From the NCBI GenBank assembly GCA_001820935.1, contig MHRI01000030.1:2734-66733 (forward strand): a DNA stretch of 64,000 nt, given 5' to 3'. The stretch comes from Candidatus Taylorbacteria bacterium RIFCSPHIGHO2_01_FULL_51_15. GTDB lineage: Bacteria > Patescibacteriota > Minisyncoccia > Phycocordibacterales > UBA10002. Shown here in pieces: positions 16,825 to 26,751 of this stretch (position 1 is the stretch's first letter; each line of letters starts with the position of its first letter). The position numbers and the translations under genes are program-made. The notes under the pieces were generated by a model. It was not told the DNA's origin and did no database searches. It saw only the letters and a program-made list of their open reading frames with translations.

Positions 16825-17867
16825 AACTACTCATCGTTACGCAAAAAGTAGATGCCGCCGACAGCAACTTAGGCTTTTTCATCCAGTGGATAAGAATGTT
16901 TGCAAAGTACGCGGAGCAGGTGACGGTCATTTGTCTCGAAAAGGGGGTCTATGAGCTTCCGCCTAACGTCAGCGTGTTTTCACTCGGAAAAGAGATAAGA
17001 AAAAGAGGCCGCTCTCTCTACGCGTTTCGCTTTCTAAGATACGCGTTTTCCTTGCGGCACACGTATGAGAGCGTATTTATTCACATGAATCCGGAGTACG
17101 CGATATTGGGGGGTCTCCTGTGGAAGCTTCTTAACAAAAGAGTTGCTCTCTGGTATGTACACAAAAAAGTTGATGCCAAACTGCGTCTCGCGGAAAAGTA
17201 TGTTGATCGGATTTTTACCGCCTCGAAAGAAAGCCTCCGGCTTCCGAGCAAGAAGTGCTCCGTCATAGGGCATGGCATCGATATGGAGCTTTTTTCCGGG
17301 AGGAGGAAGGATGCGGCGATGGGGGCGAAACTTCGATTGCTTACGGTTGGGCGCATCGCTCCGGTGAAAGATCTTCGCACACTTATACTTGGTTACGCGC
17401 TCCTCAAGCGTACAGGAGAAGCAGCGGAACTTTCCATAGTGGGCGAACCGATCACCGACATTGACCTTCGCTACAAACAGGAGCTTGCGCATTTCATCGA
17501 AGAACAACATGTGTCCGCGCACGTCCATTTCTTAGGGTCAGTCCCTTTTTCGTCCTTACCTACCGTGTATAATGAGCATTCAGCTTTCATACACGCGAGT
17601 CGTACCGGAAGCATCGACAAAACAGTGCTTGAAGCACTCGCGTCAGGTCTCACGGTGTTTACCTCCAGCGAAGCATTTTCGGGAGGCATCCCAGGCGTTT
17701 TTACATTCACCGCCGGTGATTCCTCGGATTTGGCGACTCAGCTTGAATTAGCCTTTCTAAAAGGGAAGATATCTTATAATAGCGCTGGTAGAGAGTGGGT
17801 GAGGGAGCATCATGACCTTGGCAACTGTATTGAGAAAGTAGCTAACTTTTTAAGCACACTCCCATGA
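16821..17867 (+). CDS. Glycosyltransferase family 4
   Basis: 'MKLLIVTQKVDAADSNLGFFIQWI' N-terminus. C-terminal 'HASRTGSIDKTVLEALASGLTVFTS' motif. ATGA overlap with the GtrA gene. Confidence 0.7.
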   Translation: MKLLIVTQKVDAADSNLGFFIQWIRMFAKYAEQVTVICLEKGVYELPPNVSVFSLGKEIRKRGRSLYAFRFLRYAFSLRHTYESVFIHMNPEYAILGGLLWKLLNKRVALWYVHKKVDAKLRLAEKYVDRIFTASKESLRLPSKKCSVIGHGIDMELFSGRRKDAAMGAKLRLLTVGRIAPVKDLRTLILGYALLKRTGEAAELSIVGEPITDIDLRYKQELAHFIEEQHVSAHVHFLGSVPFSSLPTVYNEHSAFIHASRTGSIDKTVLEALASGLTVFTSSEAFSGGIPGVFTFTAGDSSDLATQLELAFLKGKISYNSAGREWVREHHDLGNCIEKVANFLSTLP

Positions 17868-18538
17868 CACATGTTTCTCTTAGTGAAGTGCTTTTTGAGG
17901 TGGTGCGGGGAAAGGCTATCAGTCGGACACTCACCAATGTATTTTGGAAAGGACGTGCTGTATGTTCCGGGCGCATCCTCGATGTCGGGGGAGGTGGCCA
18001 TGCCAGTCACTACCGTTTTTTGGATGTTGATAAAAATGCTTCGATTAAAGTCGTTGACGTCATCCCTCGAGTGGGGACAGATTTCGTCCTTGATATCACA
18101 AGTGAGCGTGTTCCGCTTCCGGATGGTTCACAAGATTTCATATTCATGTTCAATATTCTGGAACACATTTTCGAGCACAAAGAGGTGCTCACCGAAGCTC
18201 ACCGCTTGCTCGCCCCCCGAGGCACACTTCTTGGCACTATCCCATTTTTAATTAATGTGCATCCCGACCCACACGACTATGTCCGTTTTACGAAGGAGGC
18301 GCTTTCGCGCATCTTTGAAGAAAGCGGTTTTTCCGTGGAAATTATCGAGCCGATAGGCAGAGGCCCCTTTCTCGCCGGCTACGAACAGCTCGATATGCTC
18401 ATCTGGAACCCGCTCCATCTTCTGTTTCTACCCATTGTCTGGTGCTTAGACGGCCTTCTTGCGTTTCTTCGTCCGAAGCGAGATTTCCGGGCGCAATTTC
18501 CGCTCGCGTACAACTTCATCGTCAAAAGAATCGTTTAA
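17864..18538 (+). CDS. Class I SAM-dependent methyltransferase
   Basis: 'ILDVGGGG' motif I. 'FIFMFNILEHIFEHKEVLTEAHRLLAPRGTL' Methyltransf_11-like motif. Confidence 0.65.
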   Translation: MTHVSLSEVLFEVVRGKAISRTLTNVFWKGRAVCSGRILDVGGGGHASHYRFLDVDKNASIKVVDVIPRVGTDFVLDITSERVPLPDGSQDFIFMFNILEHIFEHKEVLTEAHRLLAPRGTLLGTIPFLINVHPDPHDYVRFTKEALSRIFEESGFSVEIIEPIGRGPFLAGYEQLDMLIWNPLHLLFLPIVWCLDGLLAFLRPKRDFRAQFPLAYNFIVKRIV

Positions 18539-18543
18539 ATGGT

Positions 18544-20370
18544 ATGTGCTCCATTAACGGATTCACCTGGCAGGAGAGAGAACTGATTGCGCGTATGAAT
18601 AAAGAGACCTCGCATCGGGGACCTGATGGAACGGGTATTTTCGTAGCGACCGGCATTTCACTTGGGCACAACCGGCTTGCCATCATTGACCTCTCCGAAT
18701 CTGGGGCTCAGCCCATGCAGGGGAGCGGTGGACGGTTCGTGCTTATCTTTAACGGGGAGATTTACAACTACCGTGAACTTAAAAAGGAACTTGTTTCCTA
18801 CCCATTCAAGGGCGAGAGCGATACTGAAGTAGTCCTCGCGGCGTATGAAGCGTGGGGCGAGAAGGCTTTCGCGCGTTTGCAGGGTATGTTCGCCTTGGCG
18901 CTCTGGGACAGGGAAAAGCAAGAACTTCTACTCGCGCGGGATCCTATGGGCATCAAACCGCTTTATTATCATTTCACGGGTGGTAGACTCATTTTTTCCT
19001 CGGAGATCAAGGCAATTCTCGAACACGACATTCCGCGCCGCATTGACCCGCAGGCGCTCGACCTGTACCTTCGAGTACTCTATGTTCCTGCTCCGATGAC
19101 GATGTTTGAGAACGTGAAGAAGCTCTCACCAGGCCACGTACTCTCATGGAAGGGGGGATCTTGTTCGATCAAGCCATTTGCGCGCAGGAAATCACCTGTG
19201 CTTTCTTCAAAATCATTCGTCGAACTTAAAACCGAGGCTCGGGCGAGAGTACATGAGAGCGTCCGTAAGGAGCTTGTCTCTGACCGACCCTTAGGGCTGT
19301 ACCTTTCTGGAGGTATTGATTCAAGCGCGGTGCTCGAATCTATGAGTGTGGCACAAGGACGGGTGGAAACCTTTTCTGTCGGCTTCGAGCTTCGGGTGGG
19401 AGAGCAGCGAGAAAAGTTCAACGCGGACTTCGAACTCGCTCGTCGTACCGCAGCCCATTTCGGCGCGAGGCACCACGAAGTACTTGTTTCTCCAAGCGAA
19501 ATTGTCTCACTTTTTGAGGAGGCGATCTTCCACCTCGATGAGCCGAGCGCGAACGCTACGATCATTCCACAGCTCGCGCTCGCGCGCTTTGCCAAAGCCC
19601 ACGTGGCGGTAGTACTTGGCGGGGACGGGGGAGATGAGCTGCTGGGAGGCTATGAGCGGTATCGACTCTCCCGTATCTCCTCTCTGTATCGGCGGTTCCC
19701 GAAGATTCTGCGGAAAATCGGGCGACTGGTCGTCCCCTCGCTTTCGAAGCTTGATACGGCACCCGGCATAGAGCGATTCGCGCAATTCCATTTTATAAAA
19801 GAACCCACACTCTCGAGGCTTCTCAAAGAGGGAGCTTATCATCCTCGGGTTGCACACGATTTCTTCGTCGAACATTTCTTTAGGGAGGTGCAAGAGCCGT
19901 TCGAAACGCAGTTTATGGAGACGGATCGTCAAAGTTGGCTTGTTGACGAGTCGCTCCTTCGAAGTGACAAACTCTCGATGGCCGCGGGGCTTGAAGCACG
20001 AGTGCCGCTTCTCGATCTTCCACTCATTCAGTTTGCCGATACCATCTCACTTCACCATAAAGTTTCGCTTACCAATACCAAGATCATTCTCAAAGAAGCA
20101 TTTCGAGACGTACTCCCGAAGGAACTCCTCCATCAACCTAAACGTGGGTGGTTCTCGCCGGGAGCCAAGTGGCTCCGCTACCCCCATTTTTCCGCATATG
20201 CACGGGAGGTTCTTTCTCCCAACTATACGCAAGCAACGAGACATCTTTTCAACTGGGACGAGGTTCAGAGGCGCCTCGAAGGGCACCTCCGCGGCGAGTA
20301 TCATGCCACGATTTTATTTGCGCTTCTTGGGTTGCAAATCTGGGCGAAAGAGTTTGACGTATCGGGCTGA
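18544..20370 (+). CDS. asnB: Asparagine synthase (glutamine-hydrolysing) family amidotransferase
   Basis: N-terminal 'MCSINGF' with the Cys2 nucleophile. 'LGHNRLAIIDL' and 'SGGIDSSAV' PP-loop motifs. The 18442 extension is rejected because it overlaps the upstream gene. Confidence 0.8.
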   Translation: MCSINGFTWQERELIARMNKETSHRGPDGTGIFVATGISLGHNRLAIIDLSESGAQPMQGSGGRFVLIFNGEIYNYRELKKELVSYPFKGESDTEVVLAAYEAWGEKAFARLQGMFALALWDREKQELLLARDPMGIKPLYYHFTGGRLIFSSEIKAILEHDIPRRIDPQALDLYLRVLYVPAPMTMFENVKKLSPGHVLSWKGGSCSIKPFARRKSPVLSSKSFVELKTEARARVHESVRKELVSDRPLGLYLSGGIDSSAVLESMSVAQGRVETFSVGFELRVGEQREKFNADFELARRTAAHFGARHHEVLVSPSEIVSLFEEAIFHLDEPSANATIIPQLALARFAKAHVAVVLGGDGGDELLGGYERYRLSRISSLYRRFPKILRKIGRLVVPSLSKLDTAPGIERFAQFHFIKEPTLSRLLKEGAYHPRVAHDFFVEHFFREVQEPFETQFMETDRQSWLVDESLLRSDKLSMAAGLEARVPLLDLPLIQFADTISLHHKVSLTNTKIILKEAFRDVLPKELLHQPKRGWFSPGAKWLRYPHFSAYAREVLSPNYTQATRHLFNWDEVQRRLEGHLRGEYHATILFALLGLQIWAKEFDVSG

Positions 20371-20396
20371 GCACCCCATGAAGGCGGGAGAAATTC

Positions 20397-20425
20397 TTGA
20401 CTCGTGACCACATCTGTAGTATACT
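20397..20425 (+). promoter_or_regulatory. Sigma70-like promoter candidate (TTGACT-17-TATACT)
   Basis: Read directly: 'TTGACTcgtgaccacatctgtagTATACT', upstream of the orphan gene 20584..21222. Confidence 0.4.
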
Positions 20426-20583
20426 TTTTATCAGTTCTTTGATAGTTCGCCATGGCCAAGAAGGACTTGAAATTAGGTACTTTTTGGCTGTGGCGGAACA
20501 ACTTCGCTACACATCTAACCAATGTCTGCTTTCGGTGGCGATATATTCGTCGCTTCGAGTGGGCACAACGAAAGGAGAAAGTT

Positions 20584-21222
20584 ATGGGTAACATACTACC
20601 TGTGACCAGTAATCAAGGTGATGCCATTCGTGATATGGCCAATGAAAAAGGTGTCGGCCGCACAAAGTGGCAAAGGGCGCATGATGACAAGAGGTGGTCT
20701 AAGTTTCTGGACAGCCTCAAAGAGCCTGTCCCACCTGAAGGCGCTCGAATCTTCATTCTTCGCGCTACGGTCAAACTCGATCAGCCCTGGCCGGAAGCGG
20801 TTACTGCCGCCGGGCCCAACACACCAGGTCACTACAATGTCCATAAAGTCAGCGGCCTTTACGTCCCGACCGGATCTGGACGAGAGGAACGTGAGTACGT
20901 TCTATTGAACCATCCAAACGGTGATGGCGATTGGAATAAGGCACTCCTGTGGGCAAAGGAGGAAGAATTGGTGCAGACCGTCCCGCGCGAGGCGTTCGTC
21001 ATCGGCGCAGAGCATCCCACACTTCACAATACGCTCGGAATGAATCACATGCGTGTGGTCGCAACCACGGAGTGTACCTTTGGGGGCGGTCGGCAGGCGT
21101 GCTGTGTGTGGTGGAACGGCGCGAGGCGCGAGGCGCGCCTCTTCTACGTGTCCTACTTCGTCGACGCCTTTGGCTGGTTTCTCTTCCGCAAGAAGTCCTC
21201 GGTTTTAGACACTAAGTCCTAG
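20584..21222 (+). CDS. Hypothetical protein (orphan; own promoter and terminator)
   Basis: RBS 'AAAGGAGAAAGTT' precedes the ATG. Protein is Trp/Gly/Arg-rich with no motif recognised. ORF-track start 20452 trimmed to this internal ATG. Confidence 0.4.
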   Translation: MGNILPVTSNQGDAIRDMANEKGVGRTKWQRAHDDKRWSKFLDSLKEPVPPEGARIFILRATVKLDQPWPEAVTAAGPNTPGHYNVHKVSGLYVPTGSGREEREYVLLNHPNGDGDWNKALLWAKEEELVQTVPREAFVIGAEHPTLHNTLGMNHMRVVATTECTFGGGRQACCVWWNGARREARLFYVSYFVDAFGWFLFRKKSSVLDTKS

Positions 21223-21255
21223 CCCTCGGTCTCTTGGCTTTGACTTTCTTCGCAG

Positions 21256-21287
21256 AACCCCGATTAACACCCGGGGTTTCTTTTTAT
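21256..21287 (+). terminator. Rho-independent terminator
   Basis: 'AACCCCG-attaacac-CCGGGGTT' followed by 'TCTTTTTAT'. Confidence 0.7.
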
Positions 21288-21373
21288 ATGTCGTATCTTG
21301 GATTGTTAAGACACGGAAATACTTTCAAGCTACAAAAGCTGGTTGAAGCGAGTTATAGTTAGCGCTCATACCT

Positions 21374-22447
21374 ATGGTCAACGTTTACATCGAAACAAAG
21401 GACGCGCCAGAGCTCACTCCCATGCTCGTGTTCTGGCCGAACTATCGCTTCGCGTTTAAAGAAAAAGCCGTTTTTTCTCCCGAAATTATGGCGTCCTATA
21501 CGACTCCCTTCTTCACGATCGTGCCCGGGCTGGAGGCGGCTGATTTTATAGCTGTTCCATATCACTATTTCGATGTGCTCGACTACGCTCCCAAATACTT
21601 AGCGTATGTGTATGCTCTCGGAAAGACGACTCAAAAGAAGGTACTTCTTTTCGACTACACTGATTATGTTGAACGGGAGATACACGTTCCTTCGCACGCC
21701 ATCCTATTTCGCGTTTCTGCTTACCGTCACCACAAGAAAGAAAACGAAATCATTATGCCGTACTTTGTCGAAGACATCGGTCGGAATTATTCCTTTGAGC
21801 AGAAGCCGAAAGGGGAGAAACCAACGGTAGGGTATTGCGGACAGTCTCGCTTTGGAGGCACCACTCGAAAGTGGAAGGCGGGTGTGAAGTGGCTTCTCTC
21901 ACTCTTTCTCTTATACTTGCGCCTTGATGTAAAGCCACACGTCCACATGCGCGGAATCTTCTGGCGGAGGAGAGCGCTCCAAGTCCTCTCCAAGAGTAAA
22001 AGCATCGTTTCTCGCATCATCGAACGGGACTTTTATTCCCTCTATCGCGCAATCCCTTTCGATGCAAAGACAATACGAAGGGAGTATGTGGAGAATCTAA
22101 GGGAAAATGTACTAGCACTCTCGGTGCGTGGTGATGCCAACGCTTCCCAGAGGTTTTATGAGGCACTCTCTGCTGGAAGGATCCCGCTTTTTCTTGACAC
22201 CGATTGCGTCTTACCCCTTGAAGAAATCATTGACTATAGCCGCATTATACTTCGCGTACCCGCACAGGAGGTCGATGCTATTTCAAGGCGAGTCACTGTC
22301 TGGCACGCTTTAGTATCGGAAGGCGATGTACTCCAGGCAGGCAGGGAGGCAAGAGAGGTGTATGAACGGTACTTGCGCCTAGAGAAGTTTTTCTCCATTG
22401 TCTTTGATCGAGAAAAGAGTCCGTATAAAAAATTGTTATTCCGATGA
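21374..22447 (+). CDS. Exostosin-like (GT47-type) glycosyltransferase family protein
   Basis: 'RFYEALSAGRIPLFLDTDCVLPLEEIIDYSRIILRV' resembles the exostosin C-terminal motif. Confidence 0.5.
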   Translation: MVNVYIETKDAPELTPMLVFWPNYRFAFKEKAVFSPEIMASYTTPFFTIVPGLEAADFIAVPYHYFDVLDYAPKYLAYVYALGKTTQKKVLLFDYTDYVEREIHVPSHAILFRVSAYRHHKKENEIIMPYFVEDIGRNYSFEQKPKGEKPTVGYCGQSRFGGTTRKWKAGVKWLLSLFLLYLRLDVKPHVHMRGIFWRRRALQVLSKSKSIVSRIIERDFYSLYRAIPFDAKTIRREYVENLRENVLALSVRGDANASQRFYEALSAGRIPLFLDTDCVLPLEEIIDYSRIILRVPAQEVDAISRRVTVWHALVSEGDVLQAGREAREVYERYLRLEKFFSIVFDREKSPYKKLLFR

Positions 22448-23544
22448 GCGCATTTTTTTACATCGCTAATATCCGATTTCCCACTGAACGCGCGCATGGA
22501 ATTCAGGTCGCGAAAATGTGCGAAGCGCTCGGAGAGAATGGCGCCAAGGTCACCTTACTGGTTCCAGACAGAAAGACCTTCGCTGGTGATCCATTTTCCT
22601 ATTATGGGACTCGGCATAATTTTCAGGTCGAGAAAATATCGGTACCGGATGTGGTATCTCTCGGGAGGATAGGGTTTCTCTTTGAGTCGGTCCTGTTCGC
22701 GTATCGTGCCGCAAAAAGGCTTCGAACTCAAAATGAAGCGCTCATCTATACGCGCGAGGAACTACCGCTTCTTTTTTTACCCAAAAAGAGTGCCTTTTAT
22801 GAAATGCATCAACTTCGCGGAAGCTTCCTCGCCAGGCTTTTACTCAAAAGAGCCAAGCGTATCATCGTAATCTCGAACGGGCTTAAAGAGGCTCTTTTTT
22901 ACATCGGCTACCCTCGCGAACGGGTAGCGGTGGCACATGACGGTTTCGATGAAAGAGAGTTCGGGGTGCGGCTTTCAAAAGGGGAGGCGCGAGCGCGTCT
23001 TACACTTCCCAAAGAAGCGAAACTCGCTATGTATATCGGAGGCTTTGAGGTATGGAAGGGGCTTCGCACACTCCTCGATGCCGCAAGGTTGCTCAAGGAA
23101 AGGGGCATCAATGTCGCGGTTATCGGAGGCACTGAATTCGAAAATAACTCTCTTTCGATCAAATATCCCGAGGTGCGCTTTTTAGGCTATCGTCCATACA
23201 CGGAACTTGCCTTCAATCAACAAGCGGCCGATGTACTCGTAATCCCCAATTCAGGGCGAGAGAGAATCTCTCGCGAGTTCACTTCTCCGCTCAAACTTTT
23301 TGCCCACATGGCATCGGGACGCCCTATCGTTGCTTCTCGTCTGCCCTCCTTATGCGAAGTTCTTTCAGATGAGAGTGCCTATCTTGTCCCCCCTAATGAT
23401 CCCACAGCTCTCGCCGAAGGCATCCGCACCGCGTGTGAACGAGAGGAAGAGAGTGAGAGAAAAGCGGCGGTGGCAAATAGCAGAGTACGGGAGTTTACCT
23501 GGGTCAAGCGGGCCAAAGACATACTCGCTTTCATCGAAGATTAA
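22444..23544 (+). CDS. Glycosyltransferase family 4
   Basis: GT4 C-terminal 'FTSPLKLFAHMASGRPIVASRLPSLCEVL'. ATGA overlap with the upstream gene. Confidence 0.75.
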   Translation: MSAFFYIANIRFPTERAHGIQVAKMCEALGENGAKVTLLVPDRKTFAGDPFSYYGTRHNFQVEKISVPDVVSLGRIGFLFESVLFAYRAAKRLRTQNEALIYTREELPLLFLPKKSAFYEMHQLRGSFLARLLLKRAKRIIVISNGLKEALFYIGYPRERVAVAHDGFDEREFGVRLSKGEARARLTLPKEAKLAMYIGGFEVWKGLRTLLDAARLLKERGINVAVIGGTEFENNSLSIKYPEVRFLGYRPYTELAFNQQAADVLVIPNSGRERISREFTSPLKLFAHMASGRPIVASRLPSLCEVLSDESAYLVPPNDPTALAEGIRTACEREEESERKAAVANSRVREFTWVKRAKDILAFIED

Positions 23545-23564
23545 GCCTATAATTTCTTACGCGC

Positions 23565-24566
23565 ATGCATCCATACTCGAACATTCTCGTGACTGGCGGA
23601 GCCGGATTTATCGGCAGTCATTTTATAAGGTTTCTCCTTTCCACGTATCCTCACATTACGGTGGTCAATGTTGATCTGCTCACGTATTGCGGGAATCTTG
23701 AGAATGTGAAAGACGTCTCGAACGACCCTCGGTACCATTTCCGCAAAGCCGACATCGGAGATCTTGAAGCAATGGAGAAAATACTTACAGAGTTTTGTAT
23801 CGATTGCATCGTCAATTTTGCCGCGGAGTCTGATAACAATAAGGCCGTTCTCTCGCCGCTCGACTTCGTGAAGACCAACGTTCTTGGCACCGCAACCCTT
23901 CTTTCGGCGGCACGGAAGACCTCGGTAAAACGTTTTCACCACATCTCAACCTGTGAGGTGTTTGGAGAACTCCCCCTTACCAGCCCTGAACGTTTCGTCG
24001 AGGAATCTCCTTATCGGCCGCGCACTCCCTACAACGCATCGAAGGCGTCGAGCGATCTTTTCGTCAAAAGCTACTACCACACCTTTGGCTTACCCGTCAC
24101 GATAAGCTATTCGGCAAATAATTATGGAACGCACCAGTTCCCGGAAAAAGTAATACCGGTATTCACGCTTAAAGCGCTTAAGAATGAGCCGCTTCCACTC
24201 TTTGCATCAACGGGACACAAGCGAGAATGGATACACGTGCTCGACCACTCTAAGGCAATCGATCTTATCTTGCAAAAGGGCGTCATCGGAGAGAGCTACA
24301 ACATTGGTACGGGTTTTGAGAAAACGATCAGTGAAATTGCGGCAGACATCTTAGGTATATTGCATAAACCTAAAAGCATGACGACCATCGTTCCGGACCG
24401 GCTCGGGCACGACTCTCGCTATCTTCTCGATTCAAGCAAAGTTCGGGCACTTGGTTGGAAGCCGGAAATTGTCTGGGAGAAAGGTCTTGCCGAAACAGTG
24501 GAGTGGTATGCGAAGAATGCACAGTGGTGGGAGCCGCTCCTCGCGAGGTCCCACTCCTGGAAATGA
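23565..24566 (+). CDS. rfbB: dTDP-glucose 4,6-dehydratase
   Basis: 'ILVTGGAGFIGSHF'. 'YNASKASSDLFVKSYYHTFGLPV' YxxxK active site. 333 aa. Confidence 0.9.
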   Translation: MHPYSNILVTGGAGFIGSHFIRFLLSTYPHITVVNVDLLTYCGNLENVKDVSNDPRYHFRKADIGDLEAMEKILTEFCIDCIVNFAAESDNNKAVLSPLDFVKTNVLGTATLLSAARKTSVKRFHHISTCEVFGELPLTSPERFVEESPYRPRTPYNASKASSDLFVKSYYHTFGLPVTISYSANNYGTHQFPEKVIPVFTLKALKNEPLPLFASTGHKREWIHVLDHSKAIDLILQKGVIGESYNIGTGFEKTISEIAADILGILHKPKSMTTIVPDRLGHDSRYLLDSSKVRALGWKPEIVWEKGLAETVEWYAKNAQWWEPLLARSHSWK

Positions 24567-26041
24567 ATGAAACTATGGACGACACAGCTCCAAACGCACA
24601 AAGGTTCAACTGGGAGAGAGTGGCGGTGAGCGCGATAGTACTCTTTGCGTTACTATTTTCTCTTCGAGGCCTCACTTCCTACCCCGCGTTTTGGTTTGAC
24701 GAAGCACTCAATATTCAGGCGGGGCGGAATCTTTCGGAATACGGCTTCCTCAACCTCGAGGTCGCGCCCGGCGTTCCCTATGAGAAGCCATATCACTTAA
24801 CTACGGGGTATCCTGTCATCGCGCCGCTTGCCGCTCTTTTCTCGATGGTTGGATTTGACTTCGCGTACGCGCGGCTGTACATGATCGGCTGGTTGCTCCT
24901 CTTTCTATATTCAGCGTACCTTCTTGCTCGAGCGCATTTCGGGCCGACGATGGCACTCTTATCCTTGCTTCTTCTCGCGACTTTCGCGCCGGTGTATGGC
25001 AATGGTGAAACTGTTATCGCGGAAGTTCCCGCCATGGCGCTCTTTTTTCTCGGGCTGTTTTCCCTCAAGAAAGCTTCCTATCGGCCTCCCTTCATCTTTC
25101 TTGCGGGTCTCCTACTTGGTCTTGCCGCCGCGATAAAACCTATCTATTTTTTGATCGCTCCGGCTCTTTTACTCTCCGCGATTCTGAAGAGAAACGAATT
25201 ATCTTTCCGGAGCGAATGGTTGCTTTGGGTAGGGTTCCTTCTTCCGGTTCTGTTGTATGTCTTCACGATCATTCCTCCTAGCGACGCGCTAGAAGAGAGT
25301 GGGTCGATACTTTCTTTTTGGCAGAGTCGCACGGCGCAGGGACATCTATTAGAAAATATCAGCGCAAATGTGATACGGATGTTCAAGGAGAGTTCTCTCT
25401 TATACACGCTCCTCTTAAGCATACTTGTCTCGTGTACTATCCCCTGGAGAAAAATAATGAAGGGAGAAGTATCACGGTCGCTTCTAATACTTGGGACCTA
25501 CGGTATGCTCATCTTACTTTTCTTTCTCCAAAGTATCGGCTGGAATCGATATCTTCTCTTTTTTCAGGCCATCGTACTTTTGAGTGTACCACCCTCTCTC
25601 CTTAGGCTTCGGTTACATTTCCCCGCACTTAGCTCCTTCTTCTCGGAGAGAGCGCGACAACTTCTGCTTTGCAGTCTCATTGTCATGCAAACGGTACATC
25701 TTTTCTTCTTTGCCACAATCTTTAAAGGTACTGGCGCGGACGATTTCTCCTCCCTTCTTAGCAAAGCTCCTTTTGGGAGTATCTATGTCGTCAACTCCGC
25801 GGAAGGAGCAGCTTTCGTCCCGCCCTCGCGGCTCTACCACTATTTTGATTTCTTTGAATCAAATCCTCCCATGGAAAATCGTCTCTCGAACCTTGAGAGA
25901 GAACGTTTTGCGCATCTCCTTTTCGATCTTGATGATAAAAATGTGTTGCCGTATCTCTCCACAATTGAGAGACTCTACGAGCGAGTGGGGGAGGCACAAG
26001 GCGTGACACTTTTTAGTTTAAAGGTTGCTCAAAATCTGTAG
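24563..26041 (+). CDS. Polytopic membrane protein, putative GT-C-type glycosyltransferase/polymerase-like
   Basis: About 12 predicted TM helices. No soluble catalytic domain. Sits in the glycan locus. Start at 24563 gives an ATGA overlap with rfbB. Confidence 0.45.
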   Translation: MNETMDDTAPNAQRFNWERVAVSAIVLFALLFSLRGLTSYPAFWFDEALNIQAGRNLSEYGFLNLEVAPGVPYEKPYHLTTGYPVIAPLAALFSMVGFDFAYARLYMIGWLLLFLYSAYLLARAHFGPTMALLSLLLLATFAPVYGNGETVIAEVPAMALFFLGLFSLKKASYRPPFIFLAGLLLGLAAAIKPIYFLIAPALLLSAILKRNELSFRSEWLLWVGFLLPVLLYVFTIIPPSDALEESGSILSFWQSRTAQGHLLENISANVIRMFKESSLLYTLLLSILVSCTIPWRKIMKGEVSRSLLILGTYGMLILLFFLQSIGWNRYLLFFQAIVLLSVPPSLLRLRLHFPALSSFFSERARQLLLCSLIVMQTVHLFFFATIFKGTGADDFSSLLSKAPFGSIYVVNSAEGAAFVPPSRLYHYFDFFESNPPMENRLSNLERERFAHLLFDLDDKNVLPYLSTIERLYERVGEAQGVTLFSLKVAQNL

Positions 26042-26043
26042 AC

Positions 26044-26751
26044 CTAGAGCATCTTCCATGGAGCGAGGACCCCTTCACTAATGATGTTAAGCGACATCTT
26101 TGAGGTGCCGGCAGTCCGATTTTTGAAAACGATTGGGATTTCTCTCACGCGCGCGCCGGCTTTGTACAGGAGGTACTTTAGATGGATAATGAACGCGTAT
26201 CCAGAAAGGTTGATCGTATCGAAGTTTACGGTGGAGAGTATCTTCGCACTGATCGCATTGTACCCGGTAGTGCAGTCCTTGAAAGGAGCGCCAATAATTG
26301 TACGAGCATAAAGATTCGCGAAACGAGACAGGAGTCGCCGCCACAGCTCCCAGCCTATTGTCGCGCCGCCGGGTATGTAGCGCGATCCGATGACGAGATC
26401 ATACTCTGATCGAAGAGCCAGCATTTCTTTAAGGTGCTTCGGATCATGCGAAAGATCGGCATCCATCATGATAAGCGTGGATATTTGAGGATCCTTTAGT
26501 GCTTCCTCGAACCCCTGTACGTACGCTTTTCCGAGCCCTTCTTTCCTCCGTCGCGATAGGAGACGTAGTCCCGAGTACGTCTTCTTAAGTTTCTGTATCG
26601 CTTCCGCGGTGCCGTCCGGAGAGTTATCATCCACGACGAGAACGTGAATCTCTGGAACAAGACTAAAAATTGCGGGAATGAGATTCTCCACATTTTCTTT
26701 CTCATTATAAGTTGGAATCACCACGATTGCCCCGCGTTCACCATCATTCAT
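26044..26751 (-). CDS. GT2 polyprenol-phosphate mannosyl/glycosyl-transferase (Dpm1-like)
   Basis: 'VVIPTYNEKENV' and 'VVDDNSPDGT' motifs. 'MMDADLSHDP' DXD region. 235 aa. Confidence 0.8.
   Translation of the reverse strand: MNDGERGAIVVIPTYNEKENVENLIPAIFSLVPEIHVLVVDDNSPDGTAEAIQKLKKTYSGLRLLSRRRKEGLGKAYVQGFEEALKDPQISTLIMMDADLSHDPKHLKEMLALRSEYDLVIGSRYIPGGATIGWELWRRLLSRFANLYARTIIGAPFKDCTTGYNAISAKILSTVNFDTINLSGYAFIIHLKYLLYKAGARVREIPIVFKNRTAGTSKMSLNIISEGVLAPWKML

Noticed and set aside
19080-19595. Minus-strand ORFs embedded in large plus-strand genes (for example 19080..19595, 40473..41231, 43272..44171, 51230..51937, 52478..53098, 54489..55127)
   Set aside because: Shadow ORFs antisense to well-supported coding regions (asnB, the dikinase fusion, LicC-like/fcl, the amidotransferase, the aminotransferase). 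They have no motifs and mostly Ser/Arg/Leu-rich composition typical of antisense frames.
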